DNA of 64,000 nt from Antedon mediterranea (Eukaryota; Animalia; Echinodermata). Each line of letters starts with the position of its first letter. Within the stretch, counting starts at the first letter, position 1. Shown piece by piece: positions 28,079 through 38,460 of this stretch. The stretch spans positions 30,003,499 through 30,067,498 of the forward strand of contig NC_092676.1 in the NCBI RefSeq assembly GCF_964355755.1. Reading direction: 5' to 3'. The notes under the pieces were generated by a model. That model searched no databases and had not been told where the DNA came from. It saw only the letters and a program-made list of their open reading frames with translations. The translations under genes were made by a program, and so were the position numbers.

Positions 28079-29050
28079 CTAAAATTGTTCTTCACTACTT
28101 GATTCATCAGTGTCCATCATAATTTCTTGGTAATCTTTTTCTAAGCACGCCATGTCATATCGAGCATCAGTAAACTCGCCTTCTTCCATTCCTTCGCCAA
28201 CATACCAATGGATAAACGCGCGCTTCGCGTACATCAGGTCGAACTTGTGGTCAAGACGCGCCCAGGACTCGGAAATGGCGGTATTATTGCTGATCATGCA
28301 GACGGCACGTTGCATTTTTGCTTGGTCGTCATTTGGAAAGTTTGTCGGAGTTTGGTGGTTTATACTAACTTTAAAACCAGTTGGACACCAGTCAACAAAC
28401 TGAATGTTCTTGTTGTGTCTTAAGTTCGAAACTGCAATATTAACGTCCGTTGGTACTACGTCACCGCGGTAGAGCAGGCAACATGACATGTAGTGACCAT
28501 TCTGATGATTACATTTGACCATTTGACTACCTTTTTCAAAACAGTAGCTGGTAATTTCTGGGATTGAACACGTTTGGTGAAAAGATTTCTCTGAAGATAA
28601 TGTTGGTGCAAAAGCTGACGAAACGAAGTGGATTCTCGGAAAAGGAACTAAGTTTGTTTGGAGCTCACTCATGTCAAAGTTCAAAACTCCTTGGTATCTT
28701 AACGAAGCGGTTATTGACGATATTGTCTGTACAATTAGACGATTTAAGTTCAAGTAGGATGGACGCTCAATGTCAAGATCTCGCCTGCAGATCTCGTAAA
28801 TTGCTTCGTTGTCAAATACAAAAGAACAATCACTCTCATCTACGGCCGATTTCATCGCAAATACTGCATTATATGGCTCTACAACAGCAGTTGAAACGAG
28901 AGGTGACGGATGAATGGAAAACATAAACTTATTTATCTTGGAAAATTCTTTAGAAAGCTCGTCCATTAGTAAGGACGTGAAGCCGGAACCTGTCCCTCCT
29001 CCTAAACTGTTGAATATTAGACATCCTTGTAAACTGCTGCACTGGTCGGC
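28079..29050 (-). CDS. Divergent alpha-tubulin-like paralog, last coding exon
   Basis: Acceptor ttatctttttag|GCCGACCAGTGCAGC…. Encodes [36 protein letters not shown]…[42 protein letters not shown]. Retains GGGTGSG and the NxDxxE catalytic-loop Glu but is otherwise far more diverged than the neighbour copy, with no C-terminal Tyr. Confidence 0.85.
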   Translation of the reverse strand, partial: ADQCSSLQGCLIFNSLGGGTGSGFTSLLMDELSKEFSKINKFMFSIHPSPLVSTAVVEPYNAVFAMKSAVDESDCSFVFDNEAIYEICRRDLDIERPSYLNLNRLIVQTISSITASLRYQGVLNFDMSELQTNLVPFPRIHFVSSAFAPTLSSEKSFHQTCSIPEITSYCFEKGSQMVKCNHQNGHYMSCCLLYRGDVVPTDVNIAVSNLRHNKNIQFVDWCPTGFKVSINHQTPTNFPNDDQAKMQRAVCMISNNTAISESWARLDHKFDLMYAKRAFIHWYVGEGMEEGEFTDARYDMACLEKDYQEIMMDTDESSSEEQF

Positions 29051-29428
29051 CTAAAAGATAATAAACATAAAAATAGAATTAAGATGTAGACTATGGAGAG
29101 ACTACAGAGATCCATCATTCGCTAGAAACTCTGATCAAGGCAATCTAACACAGGATGCTGAGATCAAAGCGTTTATCTGTGGCTGCGACACGATCAGTTC
29201 CATACTTTAGCAGAACACCGCGCGCCGACGACGATGAGAATGCGCACAAGTACCGTAAAGATTGCAGTGCACCACTTGTATAGTTCTGAAGAGAACTGTT
29301 AAGTTTCTCAACGTTTCGATCATTATACTATATGATCTTCATAGGAGTGAGAAGCAAAATGTCAAGGAAATTTTTTTTTAGTTTCCAGAAAATACGTTTA
29401 AGCAGCAGCAAAGAGTGAAGAAACTTAC

Positions 29429-29577
29429 CAATTTTCTAACTTGTTCCATGACGTTATCGATAACGCGTTTTCCCACCGAGTAACGCCCTCTTGCGAAGTT
29501 GTTGGCAGCATCTTCTTTGTCGTTAATCATTTGACGTGGACTGAAAAGACGTTTATAACGTCCGGTTCGAATCTCAT
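29429..29577 (-). CDS. Alpha-tubulin-like paralog, middle coding exon (149 nt, same phase and length as in the canonical gene)
   Basis: tag|[67 protein letters not shown], donor TTG|GTAAGT. Confidence 0.8.
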
Positions 29578-30001
29578 CTATTTCAAAATAAAAGAAAACG
29601 AAAATTATTATTTTTTTACTTACGATTAAATTAAGAACCATGGTTACCCGGATTCAAATTATTCAATTTCTTCCAAAAAAATAGCAAACGTTGTAAGAAG
29701 CTTCTTAATTGATTATATATACAAATAAAGAAACTAAAAAAGGACTAAATTCAAGAAAGAAATACCAATTAAACAGTCAGGGGATTTCCTGGTACAAGTA
29801 TTCAAGTGGCACTTGTTTGCAGTATGGAAGGAAAAATATGTTTACCTCCATGTTTGCAGTAAGCCCAAACTAAACTTTAGAAACATTTTAAAGAGAATAT
29901 TTTGTAATACAGCATCTCATTTATATAATTTCTTCGGAAATAGATTCAGTACCGAGAAAAACACACTTATTAAAATATTAGTTGAATTAAAATAATGTTA
30001 C

Positions 30002-30224
30002 CTATAGCAGTTGGCTCTAAATCAACGAAGATTGCTCGTGGGACGTGTTTTCCAGACTCTAGTTCGTTAAAGAACGTTTTACAAGATGAGTCGTCGAGTT
30101 CTATAGTCGTTGATTTGCGTCCATTTGCGTCTATACCGTGCTCAAGACAATACAATTCCCAGCATGCATTGCCTGTCTGTACCCCGGCTTGCCCAATGTG
30201 AATAGATAGACAATCACGTTGAAC
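30002..30224 (-). CDS. Alpha-tubulin-like paralog, first located coding exon (N-terminal region; 223 nt like its homolog)
   Basis: (VQ)[72 protein letters not shown], donor ATAG|GTAACA. The 5' boundary (acceptor tgatag| at 30225-30226) and the position of the ATG are uncertain. Confidence 0.65.
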
Positions 30225-32394
30225 CTATCAAATAAAACAAAATTTACAATTTTGTTGTTTTTTAAAATTTATTTATATTTTTATTTTTTATATGAAGCCA
30301 GTGTTCAGTACTATACTACACAATCTATATTACTACCTATATACTGTTCTTCCACCGTGCCTAGTAAAACCATGGAGGTAAAAAAATTAATTTTTTTACC
30401 TCCATGGTAAAACCATGGAGGAAATATGGTATAACGTACCAATATCAATCAGCAATAAAAAGAACAATGAAAAAGTCGAACACGTGTAACATTTGAATAG
30501 AACTAGTAAAAAGTAGTACATATAATATATATGATTTCCTCATCTTTATCGTTTCAAATTAATTAACTTAATAACTTATATAATTACTTATATAATAATT
30601 ATATAATACTTATAATTATATAATACTTATAATTATATAATGCTTATATAATAATTATATAATACTTATAATTATATAATTATATAATACTTATATAATA
30701 CTTATATAATAATTACTTATATAATACTTATATAATAACTTATATAATAACTTATATAATTACAATAAATAGCTAAGATAATAATAATAAAAACAAACAC
30801 GTATCAAATGAATACATTTTTAATTCCTTTTATATACATATATATATATACTCAGGTTGAAATTATCAGACCGTTAGGATAGAGTGCTCAATACCAAGGT
30901 AGAGCATATATAGTTTTATAACATTTTATCGTACAAGTTGTTTCATATTTTAATGTAATTTTATATTGTAATATTTACTTGTGTTTTATCTTATTTATTT
31001 TTGAATTGTAAATTTAACAATGTTTACTTTGTTGCAATGAATGGATTTGATTTGATTTAATTCAATTTCAGTATATCACCGGGCGGTTTAGAATTAATGT
31101 TCTATGCCTGATGTGTTTATATATTATTATTAATTATTTATTATACAAATTTGATAACATTTAAAAACAACTTAAACAATACAATAAATAATTGTTTGTT
31201 GAAAGAAATAAGTCAATTTACTTTAAGAGAGTGTACGTGCAAGTCAGTACATGTTAACCCCTTACATACAAAAATGTTTTTATGCTACCGCAAACCATGC
31301 GCAAACCTGACCTAAACCATCGATGGATAAGCTGTAATTAAATACTGTACTGTATAATACTGTATGAAGTACTGCGTTAAATACTGTATTAAGTACTGCA
31401 TAAGTACTGTATTAAGTACTGTACTGTATAAGTAAAATTATTGCATACATACCATTTTGTATTGAAGAAACGTTTCTGTACCAATCTCAATATAATGTGT
31501 CTACTTCATAAAGTACACGATCATAATAACGAAATGCTATGTAAGCCTGCAATATATCCAATATTGCTATCTACTTCCTGTTAGTTTTAAATAAAGTTTA
31601 CTTGTTCAATTATGTAACACATAGACGGTCTTTATTATACTGTTACAAATTGTTAATTTACTTGTCAATCAAATAAATGATATCGTATCCGGTCGTTTAA
31701 TTCATGGTTCAATCACGAAATTTAATTATAATAATAATTATAATATATTGGTTTACAACAATTTAAAATAAATTAAAATAAATACGAACATAGAAATATA
31801 AATTAAAAGGAATTTTACACCTTTTGTCAGGAAAAAGAATTGACTGATTATTTTATTTTAAAGGACACTAACAAACAACCCGGAATTGTCCCCCTTCATA
31901 AGGGCTTTTGCGTGTAAAAAATAAATAAAATACAAATATATACCAAAAAGAAATAATAACTCAAGAAATTGAGCACTAAGGGATTGAAATTTTGGAAAAG
32001 ACAAAAAAAAAAATATTATAATAATGTAAATTACCTTCTTTACACGTTTTTTTAGATGACAACATTTATCTATACTATAAGAGATATAATTATTAAGTGT
32101 GAAGAAATTGTTAAAAAAACAAAAAAACCAATCAAGCAACATACTCTCAGATTTGTAGCGTCTAGTTACGTTTGTCAGGCCCATGGTCATACCACGAAGG
32201 AGCCTCTAATGATATTATAACCATGGAGTAAAGAACCGCTTATTTTATTCGTATGTATTGTCAAACCCTGATTCAACCATGGACCCTATGTTTAAATTTA
32301 AACGATACGGTACGTAACCATTGTCGTGGTTTTTGAATAGCTATTGAATCGATGAATCGATGAATCTGAAGGGTTTCGATCCAAGTCGGCCCTA

Positions 32395-33230
32395 AACCGT
32401 CTCGGCCAAAGTCAAGTCGGCCCCAAGTCAAGTCGGCCTCAAGTCAACTCGGCCTCAAGTCAACTCGGCCTCAAATCAACTCGGCCTCACGTCAACTCGG
32501 CCAAAAAATAATCGGTCAACTCGGCCCCGTTAAAGTATGGAACGCAAAAAGTGCAAATGAAGGGGATTGATAAAATAATATTTCTTCTTTTTTAACTATG
32601 AATAATTCTGACTTTTAATGAATATTATTATTTAGACAATATGGCCTAATATATTTAGCAAAAAAATAGGAATGATTTCACCAACTTTCCTTTTATTATT
32701 TACGTTTAATAAAATTTCGTAGCTGAGCCTCCCTGCGCGTTTGCCAGCTTTTTCGATATCTACAACTACTACGTGTTTTCGTTGACCGGGGGATTCCCCT
32801 TTTTTAAAAACGCAAATCATGCACAAAAACGATGTACGATCATTTTTTCTATGGCCAAATGGTGGAACGTAGGCCTCCGTCTTCGATTTCCTAAAATACG
32901 GTACCTGCACGTGTTTTTTTGTAACACGCGGGTACTTCTATTCATATCGGCAATGAGTTCATTTTTTTATATGATATTATATTTTTTATTTCTTCATTTT
33001 TTTTAAAACGTGGATAGTAAGAATCGTAATAATATTAAGCACTTTTTGCGTTGCATACTTTATTGTGGCCGAGTTGACCGATTAGTTTTTGGCCGAGTTG
33101 ACGTGAGGCCGAGTTGACTTGAGGCCGAGTTGACTTGAGGCCGAGTTGACTTGGGGCCGACTTGACGTGGGGCCGACTTGACTTTGGCCGAGACGGTTTG
33201 GGGCCGACTTGACCTGCACCCATCTGAAGA
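32395..33230. repeat. Large foldback structure: array of ~15-bp units (CAAGTCAACTCGGCCT) at 32395-32510 and its reverse-complement array (AGGCCGAGTTGACTTG) at 33060-33200, separated by ~550 bp
   Basis: Direct reading of both arms. Lies immediately 5' of the HS2ST-like start codon (33265). Confidence 0.8.
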
Positions 33231-33264
33231 CACTCTCATAGAAAGAAAAGTGCTTCTACACGAA

Positions 33265-36200
33265 ATGGACAAACTATCAAAGATAGTAATTTTGTTGGTT
33301 ATTTATAGCATTTTTATGAGCATCGGATATATCAAATATTACGGAGAACGACCAATCAACAAGCTTCCAACAACATCATGTTGCCGCTCAGACTCTAATA
33401 CGACGTCAGCTAAAAAAGGTAGACCTATAGGATTGTTTACGGTACGAGAGTAGAAGTTATGAAACATGGTTATAGCATTGAGTACCGACTTACTAATCTT
33501 TCCTGGGTGATGGTAGTCATTACTACTTTATTATTACGTCACAGTATTGTTATTGGGAATCCCAACAAAGGGGTTTCCTAATCGTAATAAAATATAGTAA
33601 TGTATGCGTACATTATCTTTTATGTATGTTTTTGTTTAACATTTAGCATTTTCCTAATATCAGAATTATTAGATTGACTGTCAGGCTAGAGGTATTCCCA
33701 ATCCCCCGAGTGATTTTCATTTTCTTGTTTTTTGTTTGCAGGCCTAATTTTCACCTTTATTATGGCAATTAGAGTTACGAGCATTTATTAACTTTACCTT
33801 TGATCCAGCCTCCCTAATAGTTTGCATACAACGTGTTTCTTATTTTTTATGATGGCGATCGATGTCCTGTAATTGTACTTGACGTGAATAGCCATTCATT
33901 ATAGCTTATTCAAATACATAGGCCTTGGTACCTCAATAGACACCATACCCTAAGCAAACAATTTGTAAAGAGAGATTTATTTTCATATACCGATTGGCAA
34001 ACGTAGGCATAACAATGGTTAAGTGGCTTGTATTATAATTGTAAAGTGTACTGAAATGATATATGGTATTTGAATATGATTTTAATTTTACAGAGAAATT
34101 GTTTCTCGATAAGAAATCAAGTGACATGAACAAGTTTATTTTGCCAATCAAATCAGACTCGAAAAACAAGAGTGGGCCTAATAGTATGCCTATTATTAAA
34201 TCAACGAATGGTCGACGAAAGTTTCCTAGGAGGAAAAAGAAGAGATTTTTTTATTGGGAAGAATTAAAACAGACAATGCATTATCTACCTTTAGGCAGCA
34301 CATTTGATACAAACACGGTGAGTTGTATGCATTATCTACCTTTAGGCAGCACATTTGATACAAACACGGTGAGTTGTATGCATTATCTACCTTTAGGCAG
34401 CACATTTGATACAAACACGGTGAGTTGTATATAAGAAAATATGTCATGATTACAAATTTGAATGTTATTACATACTATATAATGAATTTAGGTATTACAC
34501 CAAACGTTTTGAATGTTATTACATACTATATAATGAATTTAGGTATTACACCAAACGTTTTGAATGTTATTACATACTATATAATGAATTTAGGTATTAC
34601 ACCAAACGTTTTGAATGTTATTACATACTATATAATGAATTTAGGTATTACACCAAACGTTTTGAATGTTATTACATACTATAATGAATTTAGGTATTAC
34701 ACCAAACGTTTTGAATGTTATTACATACTATATAATGAATTTAGGTATTACACCAAACGTTTTGAATGTTATTACATACTATAATGAATTTAGGTATTAC
34801 ACCAAACGTTTTGAATGTTATTACATACTATATAATGAATTTAGGTATTACACCAAACGTTTTGAATGTTATTACATACTATAATGAATTTAGGTATTAC
34901 ACCAAACGTTTTGAATGTTATTACATACTATATAATGAATTTAGGTATTACACCAAACGTTTTGAATGTTATTACATACTATATAATGAATTTAGGTATT
35001 ACACCAAACGTTTTGAATGTTATTACATACTATATAATGAATTTAGGTATTACACCAAACGTTTTGAATGTTATTACATACTATATAATGAATTTAGGTA
35101 TTACACCAAACGTTTTGAATGTTTTAAAGAAATTGATGTCTGCCTTTGCAAGTTTCTTGCCGAGTCGTTCAAACCTGCTACAATCTTGCTTGGTGACTGC
35201 ACTGTGACGTCATTCACTGGCTGTCAAACTTCCGAGCAGAAATAAAACAAGAAAACAATGTATAGATATTACAACACTATAATATTGTTAAATCGTTACA
35301 TTTTGTGTATCTAGGAGGAACGAATAATCTTCAACCGGGTACCTAAGTGTGGAAGTCGAACTGTTTTAGATATTTTCAAATATTTAGCGAACAGAAACCA
35401 GTATAATATGATAAGCTCTACAATATATGGCCCTCTTCATCTACCAGAAAATAAAAAGGTAATGTTTTAAATTTGATTCAAAACAATGGTTCTTTTGTCT
35501 TTAAAAAAAAATTTCTGTGAAGTCATCTATATTGGCAAAAAATACGGTTTTCTTTTACGTTCACACCACCCCATGGTAGGACTAATATAAGCCAGTCGTG
35601 ATGGTATAGCGCTTTGATGTTGGATGATTATGATTCAACAACAATTGTTACAAGGGACGACAAAATATAGAGCACACGTATCATAGGTCATATTACAGTT
35701 AAAGTTATTTAATGTTGATTGATTTTTGTTTATCTATTTGTCACAATTTAGGCTTTGATAAAAGAATTAATTCTGGCGGCGGAACCTCCGGTTTTATTCC
35801 AGCGTCATATGCATTTTTTAAGTTTTCCAAAGTAAGTAGGTACTCTTCCCTGATACATAATTTAATCCGATAATCAGCTGTGTCGTGTGTGCGTGCGTGC
35901 ATGTTTTGGTTGGTTTTGGCTTAGGATGAGGGAAGTCAATAGCAAATGCACGACGCACAGTAATGTATCGAAAGTAGTCCTTAGCTAGAAAGAAAAAAAA
36001 AATTCATTATTACCTTATCCATAGCTCATCAAGAGTTAGATATATAAACATAATTCGAGATCCCATAGACAGGTTCATATCGGAGTACTACTTCATACGT
36101 TTTGGCGACGACAGAAATCCTATGAACTTTTCGGGTACAGATCAAGAGAAATATCAGGTAATTCTAATATTATTTATTTGATTGGTTGTAATTTTGACCA

Positions 36201-37484
36201 ATCACAACGCGATCGATTATCCGAACTGTGTGTAATTGGTCAATTAACCTGCGTTGCGCGTACGACATTGCGTTCTTAGTGAGTGGGAACTACGAAGTAG
36301 CTCAAGTAGTATGTTACGCCGTGTGTGTCAAAATATTTTACGAATATTAAGCCGAATTATGAACTTAAGAAGTAAAGTGTACTACTTACTTACAGACCAT
36401 TAACGAATGTGTACTAAAACGACGCCCTGAATGCTCAGGGAATAGACTTCAGTATATAATTCCATTCTTTTGTGGACACAACCCTCAGTGCAGGTAAGAT
36501 AGATAATTTTCAGTATTGTTTATTGAGTTGTGGTGAGGTTCAGGTTCTTTTTTATTCTTTTCTGTCTGTCTACACTATCAAACTTTATGTGACAAAAAGG
36601 TGTGATGTGCCCATATATGGACATGATGATGTTATATCACTATCATATTTAGGCATATCACTACCATATTTAGTTGTCAAATTAGTTTGATAGTGTAGAC
36701 AGAGCTTAAGACTAATTAAACAGTTGTCATTCCCTGCAGGGCAACGTTTGACATTTAGTACGGTATATATGAAGTGTTACTCCATGATTGGATTCTGCGT
36801 TTACGTTATTTCTGACTCGACGATTGTGATTTTTTTAAACAGTTTGTTAAATAGTTCAATTCCTTTGGAGATGGCTAAAACTAACATACAACAAAGCTTC
36901 GTAACGTTAGGACTACTTGATGAAATTGAAGACACATTTGCTGTCCTAGAAAAAGCATTACCTCGATTATTTCAGGGGGCTACTGCTGAAATTGTTCGAC
37001 GCCAAAGTATGTAATCTCAATTATATTATAGTTTAACAAGTATGATTATTTTAATGTATGAATGGTGAATAGGAGGATGGCACGCCTACTTAAAGCGTGG
37101 TTTCCACTAGAGACGTGACGCGCGCAAAGACTGTAAGCGCAACATAGTGATTTGACCAATCACAAGCGATGGATCCGAACTGTCGCTTGCGATTGGTCAA
37201 CTCGCTTGCGTTGCGTCTCTCTTGATAGTATAAGTACCGTCGTAATAGGTAACTTGTATAATATAATTATTTCTGTTCAGTTGCGTTCAACTGTTAAGTT
37301 GAGTTATTTTATAATTTTTTCAGAGCAAAAGAAAAACAAACAATTTCAAACGAAGTCTAAAGTGATGCCAACAGAGGAAGTCAACAAAATTCTATTAAAA
37401 GAAATGTATTGGGAATATCAATTATACGATTATGTAAAAGAACGCTTAAAAAATCAGAAGAAAACTCTGGGTATCAAAAGGTGA
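33265..37484 (+). CDS. Heparan-sulfate 2-O-sulfotransferase / uronyl 2-O-sulfotransferase (HS2ST/UST)-like type II membrane protein; 8 exons, ~385 aa
   Basis: Exons 33265-33418 (MDKLSKIVILLVIYSIFMSIGYI signal anchor), 34094-34317 (basic stem; alternative donors at 34374/34431), 35315-35458 (EERIIFNRVPKCGSRTVLDIFKYLANRNQYN = 5'-PSB motif of HS2ST, cf. IIYNRVPKTASTSF), 35752-35831, 36025-36157 (RYINIIRDPIDRFISEYYFIRFGDD, cf. [25 protein letters not shown]), 36396-36493 (IIPFFCGHNPQC, cf. QIPFFCGHSSEC), 36843-37006 (LGLLDEIEDTFAVLEKALPRLFQGATAEI, cf. VGVTEELEDFIMLLEAALPRFFRGATEL), 37324-37484 (stop TGA). Phases are consistent; the exon 4/5 boundaries rest on a GTAAGT donor and tag|C acceptor and are less certain than the rest. 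Confidence 0.75.
34262..34432. repeat. 57-bp tandem repeat x3 that is both coding (19 aa, in frame: MHYLPLGSTFDTNTVSC) and carries a GTGAGT splice donor in every copy
   Basis: Unit atgcattatctacctttaggcagcacatttgatacaaacacg|gtgagttgt. The 3' end of HS2ST-like exon 2 sits in copy 1. Confidence 0.85.
34455..35115. repeat. 50-bp minisatellite x13 in HS2ST-like intron 2 (unit ttacatactatataatgaatttaggtattacaccaaacgttttgaatgtta, some copies 48 bp)
   Basis: Direct reading; overlapping ORF-track peptides (NLGITPNVLNVITYY…) are artefacts. Confidence 0.9.
36562..36708. mobile_element. MITE family A copy in HS2ST-like intron 6
   Basis: tctgtctacactatcaaactttatgtgac…gtttgatagtgtagacagagctt. Confidence 0.75.
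37090..37235. mobile_element. MITE family B copy (diverged) in HS2ST-like intron 7; another partial copy at 36180-36300
   Basis: gtggtttccactagagacgtgacgcgc…ttgaccaatcacaagcgatgg…cttgcgttgcgtctctcttg. Confidence 0.55.
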
Positions 37485-38460
37485 CTTTGGGGATATGGGT
37501 AATGCCTCATGTTAACGCATGCGCAGACTCTCTGAAGCGAATTTGATTTACCGGTTGCTGATCCTACTAATCAATAACTTCTACTACAAATATAAATGTG
37601 TTCTAATAATACAATGTTGTGTTTATATGCTTGTGGTGGGGCGTTTATTCGAGGAAATAAATAAAGGCCATGGATTCGGGAGGCGTTTTATTCAAATATG
37701 TTCTATTGTGGAGTTTATAAAGGTCGCCGTTCGTATTCAAATGAAAAGAGAAATCTTCAATGCAATTTCTCTGATTGTTAATGTTGATCTGAATTACGAT
37801 TATAAAATTGTGCGGATTATAAAACTAATCTAAACATCATGTGTGAAATGGAGATACACCCAAAGAAGGTTCAGACAATGAACTTCCAGTTTTCTATTCT
37901 TTAAATAACCCAATTGCTTTTTATTATTGATTGATGGCGACCATATTTCCTGTATAACTTAACTTAAATAGTATCAAAAGAAGACAGCGAAGTACCGCAC
38001 CACCACCACCGCGCAACACAGCACCACCACCACGTGACGCTTTAATGATTTGGCGCCCTCTATATTAAGTATCTACATAAACTTTCTACCGTATAAAAAC
38101 AGCATGTGCAGCTAGCTAGCTAGCAGCAGCCGGCCAGACAGCAGGTATTCAGCAGCAGCGTGGGTACACGTAAAGGGGGCCTAAAACTAGGCTATAGGCT
38201 ATACCTAGGGAAGGGTACTTAGATTATTATATTTTCTCAATTAGTATAATTATTATATATTGATTTTTATCAATTAATGAATACAGCGTAGGCCTAGTTG
38301 GTAATATATGTTTCTGAATGACGAGATTGAAAAGGCATCGACTTTCTCTCACACAGTTGTTACACTCTAGACTAGTAGTAGGCCTATCGATCATCTATCT
38401 AGGCCCTAGCCTAGTGTAGTAGGCTAGTCCTAGTTAAGCTAGGCATAAGCCTACACTGTA

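Noticed and set aside
34425-35245. ORFs NLGITPNVLNVITYY…
   Set aside because: Artefact of the 50-bp intronic minisatellite between HS2ST-like exons 2 and 3.
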